From: Gemmatimonadaceae bacterium
GTDB taxonomy: Bacteria > Gemmatimonadota > Gemmatimonadetes > Gemmatimonadales > Gemmatimonadaceae
Direction of reading: 5' to 3'
NCBI GenBank assembly: GCA_044224875.1
Contig: JBGAJQ010000029.1
Span: forward strand, 1-60,103
Length of the DNA: 60,103 nt
Within the stretch, counting starts at the first letter, position 1. Each line of letters starts with the position of its first letter. Below are positions 9,736-22,345 of this stretch, in pieces. Below the pieces are notes generated by a model. It did not search any database and was not told the DNA's origin. It saw nothing but the letters and a program-made list of their open reading frames with translations. Both the position numbers and the translations under genes were made by a program.

Positions 9736-10263
9736 GTGCTCATCCTCGGCGTCGATCCCGGCACGGCCATCACGGGGTACGGTCTCGTGCGCGGGGAGGC
9801 GCTCGGCCCGTATACGCTGCTGGAATGTGGCGTCATTCGGACGCAGCCCAGGGATTCCCTCGCGGTCCGGCTGTCCGAGATCCACCGAAGCCTCTGCGAC
9901 ATCATCGCACGCCACCAGCCGGCCGCGCTGGCCGTGGAGGATGTCTTTTACGGAAAGAATGTGCGCACCACCGTCGCGTTAGGCCACGCGCGTGGCGTCA
10001 TCCTGCTCGCCGGGCAACAAGCGGGCCTGCCCATTCACGAATTTCCTCCCGCCTCCGTGAAGAAGTCGATCGTAGGCGCGGGTGCGGCGACCAAGGAGCA
10101 AGTGCAGTTCATGGTGGCCCGCCTGTTGCGGCTCAAGACGCCCCCTGCCCCGTCCGATGCCGCCGATGGCGTGGCCGTGGCCATCTGCGGTCTTATGCAA
10201 GGCACACCCCTCGCCATGCACACCGCCGGCCTGCGCTCGACCCGTCGATCGCTCCCGCGATGA
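9736..10263 (+). CDS. ruvC: Holliday junction resolvase RuvC
   Basis: ILGVDPG, AVEDVFY, LGHARG, KEQVQFMV, DAADGVAVA. Confidence 0.95.
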   Translation: MLILGVDPGTAITGYGLVRGEALGPYTLLECGVIRTQPRDSLAVRLSEIHRSLCDIIARHQPAALAVEDVFYGKNVRTTVALGHARGVILLAGQQAGLPIHEFPPASVKKSIVGAGAATKEQVQFMVARLLRLKTPPAPSDAADGVAVAICGLMQGTPLAMHTAGLRSTRRSLPR

Positions 10264-10856
10264 TTTCCCAGGTCTCCGGCAAGCTCGTCGCCAAGGAGCT
10301 CGACCACGTTGAGCTGATGACGGCCGGCGGAGTGGCGTATGAGCTGGCGGTACCACTCGGCACATTCGAGTCGATCCCCCGAGTCGGTGAAAGCTGCACG
10401 CTCTACACGCATGTGGTCGTACGCGAGGACGACTGGCAACTGTACGGCTTTGCCACCTTGGCCGAGAAGCGGGTCTTCCGCCGCTTGTTGGTGGCCAACG
10501 GTGTGGGGCCGGCGCTCGCCCTAGGCATGCTGTCGGCGCTCTCCGCGGATCGCCTGGTACGCGCCATTCGTGACAAGGACGTCGCCACGTTGATGTCGGT
10601 GCCACGCGTTGGCCGCAAAAAGGCCGAGCAGCTCATCCTCGACCTCGCCGAGAAGGTGAACGACTTACTTGCCGCCGACGACGCCGCCCCGCGCCCCGCT
10701 GGCGCCGCGCCCGACGACGCCATCCGAGCCCTCGTATCGTTAGGGTACAACAACGCCGACGCCGAACGCGCCGTCCGCGCCGTGCTGGACGGCACCAAGG
10801 AAAAGCTCGATGCGGCCGCGCTCATCCGCGCCGCTCTGGCGAAGGTCACGCGATAG
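10260..10856 (+). CDS. ruvA: Holliday junction branch-migration protein RuvA
   Basis: MISQVSGKL, GVAYE, VVREDDWQLYGF, NGVGPALAL, PRVGRKKAE, ALVSLGY; ATGA overlap with ruvC. Confidence 0.95.
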   Translation: MISQVSGKLVAKELDHVELMTAGGVAYELAVPLGTFESIPRVGESCTLYTHVVVREDDWQLYGFATLAEKRVFRRLLVANGVGPALALGMLSALSADRLVRAIRDKDVATLMSVPRVGRKKAEQLILDLAEKVNDLLAADDAAPRPAGAAPDDAIRALVSLGYNNADAERAVRAVLDGTKEKLDAAALIRAALAKVTR

Positions 10857-10907
10857 CCTCACCATTCCTGCACGTCGCACCCTTCTCAACTTCTGCCGAC
10901 TTCTGCC

Positions 10908-12062
10908 TTGCCTGCAATCCGCGCCTCCACGTTCACTGAATCGGTCATTCGCGAAATGACGCGCGTCGCGCAACAATACGGCGCGATCAACCTGGCCCAG
11001 GGGTTCCCCGACTTCCCCATGCCCGCCAAGATGAAGGAGGCGGCCTGTGTGGCGATCAATGGGGACATCAACCAGTACGCCATCACATGGGGCGCGCGGG
11101 AACTGCGCAACGCGATCGCGGAAAAGTATCGTCACTGGTACGACTTCCCCGTGGATACGGAGCGCGAAGTCACGGTCACGTGCGGTGCTACCGAGGCCAT
11201 GGCCGCCGTTTTCCTGGCGATGATCGATCCGGGGGACGAGGTCATCGTCTTCGAACCGTTCTACGAGAACTACGGCCCGGACGCCATCTTGGCCGGTGCG
11301 AAGCCGGTCTTTATCCCGCTCGAGGCGCCGAACTGGACCTTTGACCCCGACCGCCTGCGGAGCGCGTTCACAACGCGCACCAAGGCGATCATCGTGAACA
11401 CGCCGCACAACCCCACCGGGCGAGTTTTCACTCGCGAGGAACTCGACCTCATCGCGGAACTCTGCGCGGCCAACGACGTCTGGGCGATTACCGACGAGAT
11501 CTACGAACACATTCGCTACGCCGGCAATCATCACCTGCTGGCCTCATGGCCAGGCATGCGTGAGCGAACGGTCACCATTAGCGGCCTGTCCAAGACGTTC
11601 AGCTGCACGGGATGGCGTTTGGGCTTTGCCATCGCTCCGGAAACCGAAACGACGGCCATTCGGAAGGTGCATGACTTCCTCACCGTCGGTGCGCCGGCGC
11701 CATTGCAGGCCGCGGCCGCCGTCGGCATGGCGTTCCCGCCGGAGTACTACAATCATCTCTCGCACGACTACCGGGAGCGTCGCGAACGACTCGGCGCGGC
11801 ACTGACGACGGCCGGCTTTTCCTTCACACTACCCGAAGGGGCGTACTATGTCTTGGCCGACTTCTCGCGCATGAGCGACATGGACGACAAGGCGTTTTCG
11901 CTCTGGCTGGCCCAGGAGGTGGGTGTTGCCACGGTGCCAGGGTCGTCGTTTCACGCCACCCCCGGGCTCGGCAAGAACTACGTGCGCTTCGCGTTCTGCA
12001 AGAGGCAGGAGACGATCGACGCGGCCGCCGAGCGACTGGTCAGAATTCCCGAGCTGTTGTAG
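10908..12062 (+). CDS. PLP-dependent aminotransferase class I/II
   Basis: INLAQGFPDF, NTPHNPTG, DEIY, SKTFSCTGWRLG (PLP lysine). Confidence 0.92.
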   Translation: MPAIRASTFTESVIREMTRVAQQYGAINLAQGFPDFPMPAKMKEAACVAINGDINQYAITWGARELRNAIAEKYRHWYDFPVDTEREVTVTCGATEAMAAVFLAMIDPGDEVIVFEPFYENYGPDAILAGAKPVFIPLEAPNWTFDPDRLRSAFTTRTKAIIVNTPHNPTGRVFTREELDLIAELCAANDVWAITDEIYEHIRYAGNHHLLASWPGMRERTVTISGLSKTFSCTGWRLGFAIAPETETTAIRKVHDFLTVGAPAPLQAAAAVGMAFPPEYYNHLSHDYRERRERLGAALTTAGFSFTLPEGAYYVLADFSRMSDMDDKAFSLWLAQEVGVATVPGSSFHATPGLGKNYVRFAFCKRQETIDAAAERLVRIPELL

Positions 12063-12068
12063 CGATCG

Positions 12069-14909
12069 TTAGGCAGCGACGGCCGAGCAATCTTCGGGAG
12101 CGGCCGTCGGATCGGCAGGCAGCGCGGGCGCGTTGGTCGTGGAAGGCGCCGCTTCAACGGCGTGGGTCCCGGACTCCACGTCCCGCGCCGGCGGCTCGGC
12201 CGGATGTGACACCATCATCGCGACCTCCGAGGCGGCCACTGGCCGGGCGAACAGGTAGCCCTGGCCCAGACGGCATCCAAGCGCGCGAAGCACGCGCAGC
12301 TGGTCCGCGGTCTCGATGCCCTCGGCGACCGTCTGCAGGTTCAGGCTTTCGCCCAACGCGATGATGGCGCGGACCAATCGCGGATCCGCCTCGTCGCGGG
12401 CAATGCCTTCGACAAAGGCCTTGTCGATCTTCAGGATGTCGATGGGGAATCGCTGCAGGTAGCTCAGCGAGGAATAGCCAGTGCCAAAGTCGTCGAGGGC
12501 CAACGTCACGCCTAACGCTCGCAAGCCCCCCAGCACGTCCAGCACCTCGTCTCCGCGATGCATCAGGGTGCTTTCGGTAATTTCCAGCAGCAACTGCGAC
12601 GACTCGATCCCGGCCGCTGCCACGGCATCGCGAACATCGGTCAGGATCTGGCCGTGCTGGATGTGCCGACCCGAGATGTTCACACCGACATGGATGCGCA
12701 CGCCCGTCTCCTCCTTCCATGCCCGCGCCTGTCGCGCTGCCTCGTGCAGGACCCAACGGCCGATGTCCTCGATCAACCCCGCTTCTTCGGCGATGGGAAT
12801 GAAGACCGACGGCGAGATCATGCCATGTCGGGGGTGCCGCCATCGCAACAGGGACTCCACACCAAAGAGCGCCCGCGTGTCCAGGTGAACGATCGGCTGG
12901 AAGACCAGGGAAAGCTGCGAACTGCCAATCGCGCGGCGCAGGTCATCCTCCAGCTCCAACCGCAGTACCACGTCGGCGTGCATCTGTGGTTCATAGGTCG
13001 CGCCGCCGCTCTTGCCTCGCGTCTTGGCGATGTACATGGCCAGGTCGGCGTTGCGCATGAGCTCCGCAGGCGTGCTGGCGTCACGCGCGCTGGCGATGCC
13101 GACACTCACACGGACCCTGATCTCGCGTCCAGCCATCGAGATGGGCTCGCGCAACACACGCTGCACGCGGTCGGCCACCTCGGTGGCTCGGGCGAGCCCG
13201 CCGCAGTCCTCCAGGAGCACGCCAAACTCGTCGCCCCCCAGGCGCGCCAACGTGTCGCCTTCGCGCAAGGTCGTCTGGAAGCGAGCCGACACCACCGACA
13301 GTAGCGCATCGCCGGCGGAGTGCCCCAGAGAATCGTTGACCTTCTTGAAGTCATCGAGGTCGATGAACAGCATCGCCACCTGCGACAGGTCGCGGTGCGA
13401 GCGCTTCATCGCGTGATCCGTGCGGTCGATGAACAGCGTGCGGTTGGCCAAGTTCGTCAGCGGGTCATGGAAGGCCTGGTGCGTCAGGCGACGTTGGAGT
13501 TCCTCGCGTTCGGACACATCGCGGCTGTTGAGCACGATCCCCGTCACCGTGCGCTCGGTCAGGAGGTTCGTGGCCACGTGCTCCATGAGGATCCATCGCC
13601 CGTCCCCATGCCGCATCCGGAACTCCACGCGCGGTGTCTCGTTAGGGGCGCTGGCCGCCAGCGACAGCAGTCGCAGCGCCGCATCCAGATCATCCGGGTG
13701 CACCAGTTCCACGAGCAGTCGTCCGGCAAGGTCACTGTCCGATCGGCCGAGAATCTGCTGGATCGCGGGCGACGCAAAGCGCACCGTCGAGTCCACGTCC
13801 ACAATCAGGATGACGTCGGAGGAATGCTGCACCAGGGCCCGGAAACGGGCCTCGCTCTCCAGCGCCTTGGACTCCGTGAGCAACCGAAGGTTCTCTCGGA
13901 CCGCAATCGCCTGACGCAATACCGCCAGCCCGGAGATAGCTGCCGCGCCTAACGACAGAACGAACACCTGATTAGCGCCGGTACTGTAACCGACGTAGAG
14001 TAACACCAGGAACAGGAGCGCCGACGATCCATAAGCCAGGTACGACGTGCTCCTGGCTGGCGGCCCTTCGACCCGGTGGGCCGCGGTACCGGACTCGCCC
14101 CGCGCCTGCCACGCCGCCATCGCCACACCCACATACCCTGCAGCCCATACCGCGTCGATGTAGCTGCCCGGCGCGTACGTGCCATGACGCAGCCGCCACG
14201 CGTGCATGGTGTCACCAACCAGCGACAGCACGATACCGACGATCAGCCATCGCACCGGTACGGATACGCGCGCCGGCATGTGCCGGATCACCAGTACCGC
14301 CAGCGCCACCAGGATCAACACGTCGCCGAGTGGATATCCCAGCGTGTAGACCAACTCGTACGGCACGTGCTCCCCGCTCAGCGATTCACCAAACTGCGCG
14401 AAGTACCACATCGTGCTGCCAGCGGACACGATGACCATCGCCACGTCCAACCAGTACCGCGTGGAGTCGTCCCGCGACCGCGCGGTATGCGGAAAGCGCA
14501 ACACACCGACGAGGAAGAGCGGGTAGAACATGAGGTAGATCGGATCCGACCACGACACGAGGGGACTCTGTCCCTTCACCGTCTCCAGGTACCACCACCA
14601 CACATTGCCAATCCAGGCGAAAGCATAGGCCATCCCGATCCACCGCCACCCGGCGCGCACTGCCGGATGGACGCGGACGTCACGCCCCGTCCGCCACGCC
14701 GTGACGGCCAGCATCCCGCCTAACAAGACGTCCGCAATGTTCTCGAAGTCGATCCGGGCAGTATTGGAGGCCCCCGGGATGACGTGCAGGCCAACCGTCA
14801 CCACCGTGCGCAGCACGAACAGCCACGCCACGGCCGCGCCGTCGAATGGCGCCAAAGACGCGGCGCGCCGGCGCCACTGAGGCAAGCGGAAAAAGGAGGG
14901 GACGCGCAT
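12069..14909 (-). CDS. Membrane-bound PAS-GGDEF-EAL c-di-GMP enzyme
   Basis: About 9 TM segments, PAS domain, HDPLTNLANR, RLGGDEF, EAL domain (VESLLRW, LDDFGTGYSSL, AEGIE). Confidence 0.92.
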   Translation of the reverse strand: MRVPSFFRLPQWRRRAASLAPFDGAAVAWLFVLRTVVTVGLHVIPGASNTARIDFENIADVLLGGMLAVTAWRTGRDVRVHPAVRAGWRWIGMAYAFAWIGNVWWWYLETVKGQSPLVSWSDPIYLMFYPLFLVGVLRFPHTARSRDDSTRYWLDVAMVIVSAGSTMWYFAQFGESLSGEHVPYELVYTLGYPLGDVLILVALAVLVIRHMPARVSVPVRWLIVGIVLSLVGDTMHAWRLRHGTYAPGSYIDAVWAAGYVGVAMAAWQARGESGTAAHRVEGPPARSTSYLAYGSSALLFLVLLYVGYSTGANQVFVLSLGAAAISGLAVLRQAIAVRENLRLLTESKALESEARFRALVQHSSDVILIVDVDSTVRFASPAIQQILGRSDSDLAGRLLVELVHPDDLDAALRLLSLAASAPNETPRVEFRMRHGDGRWILMEHVATNLLTERTVTGIVLNSRDVSEREELQRRLTHQAFHDPLTNLANRTLFIDRTDHAMKRSHRDLSQVAMLFIDLDDFKKVNDSLGHSAGDALLSVVSARFQTTLREGDTLARLGGDEFGVLLEDCGGLARATEVADRVQRVLREPISMAGREIRVRVSVGIASARDASTPAELMRNADLAMYIAKTRGKSGGATYEPQMHADVVLRLELEDDLRRAIGSSQLSLVFQPIVHLDTRALFGVESLLRWRHPRHGMISPSVFIPIAEEAGLIEDIGRWVLHEAARQARAWKEETGVRIHVGVNISGRHIQHGQILTDVRDAVAAAGIESSQLLLEITESTLMHRGDEVLDVLGGLRALGVTLALDDFGTGYSSLSYLQRFPIDILKIDKAFVEGIARDEADPRLVRAIIALGESLNLQTVAEGIETADQLRVLRALGCRLGQGYLFARPVAASEVAMMVSHPAEPPARDVESGTHAVEAAPSTTNAPALPADPTAAPEDCSAVAA

Positions 14910-15057
14910 GGATTCTGCTCTATAGTTTCGTCCCCAACTCAGGTCAGACTTTAGCGCCGCGAGTACTTCACGCGTCGATCAGCGGCCCGCGACGGCCCTC
15001 TCCCGGAACGTCGACCCGTCCAAGCCTTACCGGCCCGCGGCGACGGTCGCGCACCCC

Positions 15058-16899
15058 TCAACTCACCGCCGATACCCCTGCAGGCGAGGGCGAGTACATC
15101 TGCACCACGGTGAGCGAACGCGGCGTGTCCACCATGCTCGAGACAAACTCCTCCGCAGGCATCGAACGGGAGAACAGGTACCCCTGCCCCAAGGCACAGC
15201 CAAGCGTCAGCAGCCCATCGCGTTGCTCTGGTCGTTCGATCCCCTCGGCGATGGTCTCGAGCTGTAGAGTTCGGCCAAGGGCCACGATGGCCCGTGTGAG
15301 GTCCGTATCAACTCCGCGCGTTCCGACCGTGCCCACGAACGACCGATCGATCTTGAGGATGTCGATCGGAAATCGTCGGAGGTATCCGAGCGACGAGTAG
15401 CCCGTGCCAAAGTCGTCCAACGCGAGCTCCAGACCCAGCGCCTTGAGATCCCGCAGCTTTTCCACCAGCGCCGACGACTCCTGCATGAGAACACTCTCAG
15501 TGATCTCCAGTGTCAGCATGTTGGGCGGCAGCCCCGATTCCTTGAGTGCGTCACGTACGTCGTCCACCAGTGACGACTCGTGAAAGTGACGCCCCGACAA
15601 GTTCACGGCGATGCGCAATGAACGATTGCGCCTTTGCCGATGACGCCACTCCTGGGCCCGCGCGCATGCCTCACGAAGCACGGTCCGGCCAATCGGCACG
15701 ATGAGACCCGTGTCTTCCGCCAGGGAAACGAAGTCCGATGGAGCCAGCAAACCGCGCTCGGGGTGGCGCCATCGCACCAGCGCCTCGGCACCGTACACCA
15801 TTCCCGTTGCCAGGTGCACGATCGGTTGATACTCAACAAAGAACCCGCCTCGATCCACGGCGTGGCGGAGGTCTGCCTCCAGCTCCAACCGATTCATGAC
15901 CTCCGCGTGCATCTCACGTTCGTAAATCGCAAAGCGCCCCTTCGCCCGCGACTTCGCGAAGTACATCGCCAGATCGGCATTCCGCAGGATCTCGTCCGGC
16001 GTATCGCCATGCGACACGTCGGCGATCCCGATGCTCACACTCACGAATACGTCGCGCCCGCTCACCCGAAACGGAGTGCGTAGCCCCTCGGCGATCCGGT
16101 CGGCGACGGCAGTTACCGTGGCGTAGTCCTCGACCCCCTCCAACAGCACCGCAAACTCGTCTCCACCAAGCCGCGCAATCATGTCGCCCGGGCGAACGCA
16201 GGACGCCAGTCTCGCCGACGCCGCGACCAACAGCTCGTCCCCGACCGCGTGACCTAACGAGTCATTGACCTTCTTGAAATCATCGAGGTCCAGGAACAAG
16301 ACGGTCGCGGGATGTCGCTCGCGTCCCCGCCGCCCTACGGCCCGCGCCACGCGATTCAGGAACAGCGTGCGATTGGCCAGTCGCGTCAGTTCGTCGTGGA
16401 ACGCCTGGTGCGTAAGTCGCGCTTCCAGTGAATGGCGCTCCGACACGTCCCGTGCGTTCACGACAATGCCCGCCACGGTCGGTTCGTGGAGCAGGTTCGT
16501 GCCCGTGTTCTCCACCCAGAGCCACGACCCGTCGTACCGCCGCATCCGCCACTCCTCCACCACCGGCACGCCCTTGGTGCGCCGCACATTGGCTAGGAAT
16601 CGCTCGGCAATCGCCACATCCTCCGGATGCGTGACGTCGGCAAGCGTTGCTTCCGAGATCCCTCCAAACAACCCCTCTGCCGACGGCGTCACGTAGCGCG
16701 CCGCGCCGTCGGGATCAAGAATCAGGATTGCGTCAGTCGCGTTCTGTACCAGCGCCCGAAAGCGGGCTTCGGAGGCAGCCAACCGCTGCACGTCGCGCTG
16801 GACGAGGGCTATTCGCCGCACCAACTCCAGCAGGACCATCGTGACGATGGCCAGCACAAGTCCGGGTACGGGCCATGTTCCCGTTACCGGAGCGGGCAT
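15058..16899 (-). CDS. PAS-GGDEF-EAL c-di-GMP enzyme with a single N-terminal TM segment
   Basis: One hydrophobic helix, PAS domain, RLGGDEF, AEALVRW, LDDFGTGYSSL. Confidence 0.92.
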   Translation of the reverse strand: MPAPVTGTWPVPGLVLAIVTMVLLELVRRIALVQRDVQRLAASEARFRALVQNATDAILILDPDGAARYVTPSAEGLFGGISEATLADVTHPEDVAIAERFLANVRRTKGVPVVEEWRMRRYDGSWLWVENTGTNLLHEPTVAGIVVNARDVSERHSLEARLTHQAFHDELTRLANRTLFLNRVARAVGRRGRERHPATVLFLDLDDFKKVNDSLGHAVGDELLVAASARLASCVRPGDMIARLGGDEFAVLLEGVEDYATVTAVADRIAEGLRTPFRVSGRDVFVSVSIGIADVSHGDTPDEILRNADLAMYFAKSRAKGRFAIYEREMHAEVMNRLELEADLRHAVDRGGFFVEYQPIVHLATGMVYGAEALVRWRHPERGLLAPSDFVSLAEDTGLIVPIGRTVLREACARAQEWRHRQRRNRSLRIAVNLSGRHFHESSLVDDVRDALKESGLPPNMLTLEITESVLMQESSALVEKLRDLKALGLELALDDFGTGYSSLGYLRRFPIDILKIDRSFVGTVGTRGVDTDLTRAIVALGRTLQLETIAEGIERPEQRDGLLTLGCALGQGYLFSRSMPAEEFVSSMVDTPRSLTVVQMYSPSPAGVSAVS

Positions 16900-17062
16900 G
16901 TCGGAGCGAAGGGCGCGACCGTCCAGCGGAGGACTGGACCGTGGTGTGGGGACACATTGTTAAACGCGCCTCACGTCCGAAGGTCACGAGGATGGCTTTC
17001 GGATTTTCTTTGGGACATATTTTTGACTCGAGAACGTTGCTCGTCAGCCCAGAATCGCCCTG

Positions 17063-18103
17063 ATGCCTCACGAGATCACCACACCAGACGCGCTTCCCGA
17101 AGAGGGTCCCGTCGAGCTGTCGCTGCGCCCGCAACGGCTCGCCGAGTTCATCGGGCAACAGAAGGTCAAGGAGTCGCTCCGCATTTACATCGACGCGGCC
17201 CTCGGCCGCCGCGAGCCGCTGGATCACGCCCTGTTCTTCGGCCCGCCCGGTCTGGGCAAGACAACCCTCGCCGAGCTGATCGCGCGCGAGCTGGGCGTGA
17301 ACATCCGAAATACATCCGGCCCGGCGTTGGAAAAGCCGGGGGACCTCGTGGGCACCCTCACCAACCTGCGCGAAGGGGACATTCTCTTCATAGACGAGAT
17401 CCATCGGCTGCGTCCAGTCATCGAGGAGTTTCTCTATCCCGCGATGGAGGACTTCCGGATCGACATCCGGCTTTCCGAGGGTCCAAAGGCGCAGACGATC
17501 ACCATGCCGATCGAGCGCTTCACGCTGATTGGCGCCACCACGCGATTGGGGATGCTCACGCCGCCCATGCGGGCCAGGTTCGGGATCGTGATGCGGTTGA
17601 ACTACTACCCCACGGAGGACCTCGAGCAAATCGTCCAGCGCACCGCCGCTGTCCTCCGTGTGCCGATCGACGCCGACGGCACCGCGGAGATCGCCCGTCG
17701 GTCGCGCGGCACCCCACGCATTGCCAATCGGCTGGTACGCCGCATCCGCGACTTCGCGGAAGTGCGGGCCGGCGGCCGGATCGACCGCAGCGTCGCGAAC
17801 GAGGCGTTGCAGCTGCTGGATGTTGATCACTTCGGCCTGGATGACATGGATGCCCGCATCTTGCGCGCAATCATCGAGAAGTTCGAAGGGGGGCCCGTTG
17901 GCATCAGCTCCATCGCCGTCGCCGTCGCCGAAGATCCGGGCACGATCGAAGAGGTCTACGAGCCCTTTCTCGTGCAGAATGGCTTCCTGCAGCGCACCCC
18001 GCGTGGACGCGTGGCCACGACGCTGGCCTATCGGCACTTCGGGTACCAGCCACCCGCATCGGCGGTCCGCGATCAGGAACAGCCCGGGTTGTTCTCGACC
18101 TAG
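17063..18103 (+). CDS. ruvB: Holliday junction helicase RuvB
   Basis: [50 protein letters not shown]. Confidence 0.97.
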   Translation: MPHEITTPDALPEEGPVELSLRPQRLAEFIGQQKVKESLRIYIDAALGRREPLDHALFFGPPGLGKTTLAELIARELGVNIRNTSGPALEKPGDLVGTLTNLREGDILFIDEIHRLRPVIEEFLYPAMEDFRIDIRLSEGPKAQTITMPIERFTLIGATTRLGMLTPPMRARFGIVMRLNYYPTEDLEQIVQRTAAVLRVPIDADGTAEIARRSRGTPRIANRLVRRIRDFAEVRAGGRIDRSVANEALQLLDVDHFGLDDMDARILRAIIEKFEGGPVGISSIAVAVAEDPGTIEEVYEPFLVQNGFLQRTPRGRVATTLAYRHFGYQPPASAVRDQEQPGLFST

Positions 18104-18117
18104 CCACGACGACCGAC

Positions 18118-19164
18118 GTGGCCAACGGCCTTCGCACCAGCGACTACGCGTTTGAGCTGCCCACCGAACTGATCGCGCAACTCCCCGTCGCCGAGCGGGA
18201 TCAGAGTCGCCTCATGGTCGTGGAACGGTCCAGCGGACGGGTGGAACACGCGATGTTTCGCGACTTGATTGGACTGATTCCCGCGGGGGACGCCTTGGTC
18301 CTCAATACCACGCGCGTGATTCGGGCCCGGCTCGTCGGACGACGACTCTCCGGCGGGGCCGGAGAGGTCCTGCTACTGCGACCGATCGGAATGCCCGAAG
18401 AGAAGACCTTCGAGGCAATGGTTCATCCTGGCGGAAAACTCAGGCCTGGGCGGCGACTGTATGTCACCCCCGACCTCTCCGTGGACATCCTGTCCATCAC
18501 CCAGCGTCGCACCCGCACGGTGCGGCTCATCACGCCACTTCCCGCCGACGAAGCCATTCATCGATTCGGACACATTCCGCTGCCTCCGTACATCAACCGT
18601 CAGGATGAGGCGAACGATTCCGAGCGCTATCAGACGGTGTACGCCGAGACGCAGGGTTCGGTGGCCGCCCCCACCGCCGGCCTGCACTTCACCACGGACT
18701 TGTTAGGCCGACTGGACGCCAAGGGCGTGCAACGCGCCAATGTGGTGCTGCACGTTGGGGCTGGCACCTTCAAGCCGGTCGAGGTGGAGGATCCAACCCA
18801 GCATCCGATGCACGAAGAGTGGTTCTCACTCCCTGCGGGCGCGGCTGGTCAGCTCAACCACGTGCGGGCAAAGGGCGGGAAGATCTGGGCGGTGGGCACC
18901 ACGTCGGCCCGTACCCTCGAAAGCACCGTGCGCCCAGACGGCACCTTCGTCCCCGCCGAGGGTGAGACAGATCTGTTCATTCGCCCCGGCTACACCTTTC
19001 GCGCGGTAGACAGGTTGATCACCAACTTTCATCTTCCGCGCTCGACGTTGCTCATGCTGGTGGCCGCGTTCGCCGGGTACGAACTGACCATGCGCGCGTA
19101 TGCACTCGCGATCGAACAGCGTTACCGGTTCTACTCGTATGGCGATGCGATGGTCATTCTCTGA
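18118..19164 (+). CDS. queA: SAM:tRNA ribosyltransferase-isomerase QueA
   Basis: LIAQ, PLPPYI, YQTVYA, AAPTAGLHFT, LHVGAGTF, TNFHLPRSTL, YRFYSYGDAM. Confidence 0.97.
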   Translation: MANGLRTSDYAFELPTELIAQLPVAERDQSRLMVVERSSGRVEHAMFRDLIGLIPAGDALVLNTTRVIRARLVGRRLSGGAGEVLLLRPIGMPEEKTFEAMVHPGGKLRPGRRLYVTPDLSVDILSITQRRTRTVRLITPLPADEAIHRFGHIPLPPYINRQDEANDSERYQTVYAETQGSVAAPTAGLHFTTDLLGRLDAKGVQRANVVLHVGAGTFKPVEVEDPTQHPMHEEWFSLPAGAAGQLNHVRAKGGKIWAVGTTSARTLESTVRPDGTFVPAEGETDLFIRPGYTFRAVDRLITNFHLPRSTLLMLVAAFAGYELTMRAYALAIEQRYRFYSYGDAMVIL

Positions 19165-19191
19165 ACGGTCGGTCGGCCGACGACTGCCTAA

Positions 19192-20758
<1,567 letters not shown>

Positions 20759-20762
<4 letters not shown>

Positions 20763-21325
20763 GCCTGCTCGACATCCATGTCCTCGGCGCTCCCATCCTG
20801 CGCGTCGAGACGCGCATCGTGACGGAGTTCACGGATGAACTCAAGGTTCTCGCTGAGAACATGTTCGAGACGATGCACGCCGCCGAGGGGATCGGCTTGG
20901 CCGCACCACAGGTGGGCCGCGAGGAACGGCTGGCGGTGATCGAGGTGGACAAGGCTCGGTACGTGATCGTGAATCCCGAGGTCACACTGGAGGAAGGTGA
21001 AGAGCGGGGGGAGGAAGGCTGCTTGTCCATTCCTGACATTCACGGCGACGTGGATCGCGCCACACACGTGATCGTGCAGGCACAGGACATCGATGGGAAA
21101 CCGATCGAGATCGACGCGCAAGGACTCCTCGCGCGATGCTTGTTGCATGAGATCGATCACCTGCACGGCAAGCTCTTTATCGACTACCTGAGCATCCTCA
21201 AGCGACGTGCCGCGCTAGGCAAGTGGGAGGCCGCGCGATCGAAGTACCCCGGCAACATTCGCAAACTCGTGCCAGCAGGCGTGCCGGGGCATCGCATTCC
21301 CGCACCGGAGCACGGGGAGTTGTAG
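20759..21325 (+). CDS. def: Peptide deformylase
   Basis: GIGLAAPQVG, EGCLS, HEIDHL. Confidence 0.97.
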
Positions 21326-22255
21326 GTGCGCGTGCTCTTCTGGGGAACGCCGGATTTTGCCGTCCCTCCCCTGCGCGCATTACTCGGCGAGGGGTACGAC
21401 GTCGTCGGTGTGGTCACTCAGCCGGACAAGCCACAGGGTCGCAGCCGGTCCGTCACCGTGGCGTCGCCGGTCAAGACACTGGCCATCGACGAGGGCATTC
21501 CGGTGTTGCAGCCGGAGCGTCCTCGCGGCGAGGAGTTTCTCGACGCGGTGCGCGCACTGCGTGCGGACATCTCCGTGGTCGTAGCCTATGGGCACATCCT
21601 GCCAACGGAGGTGATCGACACGCCGTCGTTAGGCACGCTGAACATCCATGCGTCCCTGTTGCCGCGATGGCGCGGAGCCGCACCCATTCATGCCGCCATT
21701 CGCGCCGGTGACAGTGAAACCGGCATCACCATCATGCGGCTGGTCAAGGAACTGGACGCCGGGCCAGTCTTGCTGCAGGCCTCCACGCCCATCGAGAGCG
21801 ACGAGACCCTCGGCGAGCTGCAGCTCCGCCTCAGTGAACTGGGTGCGCTCGCCATTGTGGAGGCACTCACCCTGGTCTTCCTCGGGAACGCAGCGGAGTA
21901 CCAGCAGGACCATGCAGCCGCCACGTATGCGCCGAAAATCGATCGCACCCAGCAGCGTATCGACTGGTCACTGCCGGGCGACGAGGTTGCGCGTCAAATC
22001 CGCAGTCTTGACCCGCGACCTGGCGCCTTCAGCACCCTCGGCGATCTGGAGGTCAAGCTCTTTGGCGGGCGCGCCGCTCGCGACGCCACGGGCTCCCCTG
22101 GCGCAGTGCTCGACGTGGATGAGTCCGGCCTCCTGATCGCGTGCGGAAGTGGCGGCATCCGCTGCACCTACGTGCACCCTGCTGGCAAGCGGCGACTGGC
22201 GGCCCTCGACTGGGCGCAGGGTCGTGGCGTTCGGGTTGGCGACCGGTTCGAGTGA
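21326..22255 (+). CDS. fmt: Methionyl-tRNA formyltransferase
   Basis: FWGTPDFA, VVTQPDK, VVAYG, NIHASLLPRWRGAAP, LDAG. Confidence 0.97.
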   Translation: MRVLFWGTPDFAVPPLRALLGEGYDVVGVVTQPDKPQGRSRSVTVASPVKTLAIDEGIPVLQPERPRGEEFLDAVRALRADISVVVAYGHILPTEVIDTPSLGTLNIHASLLPRWRGAAPIHAAIRAGDSETGITIMRLVKELDAGPVLLQASTPIESDETLGELQLRLSELGALAIVEALTLVFLGNAAEYQQDHAAATYAPKIDRTQQRIDWSLPGDEVARQIRSLDPRPGAFSTLGDLEVKLFGGRAARDATGSPGAVLDVDESGLLIACGSGGIRCTYVHPAGKRRLAALDWAQGRGVRVGDRFE

Positions 22256-22345
22256 ACGGCATCGTTAGGTTTTCGCGCTTTTCCCGCCCCGCGGCGTTCC
22301 TGTGGCCTTCTGCCGGGAGCCCCAGGCAGCGGCTATCTTTTCTCC

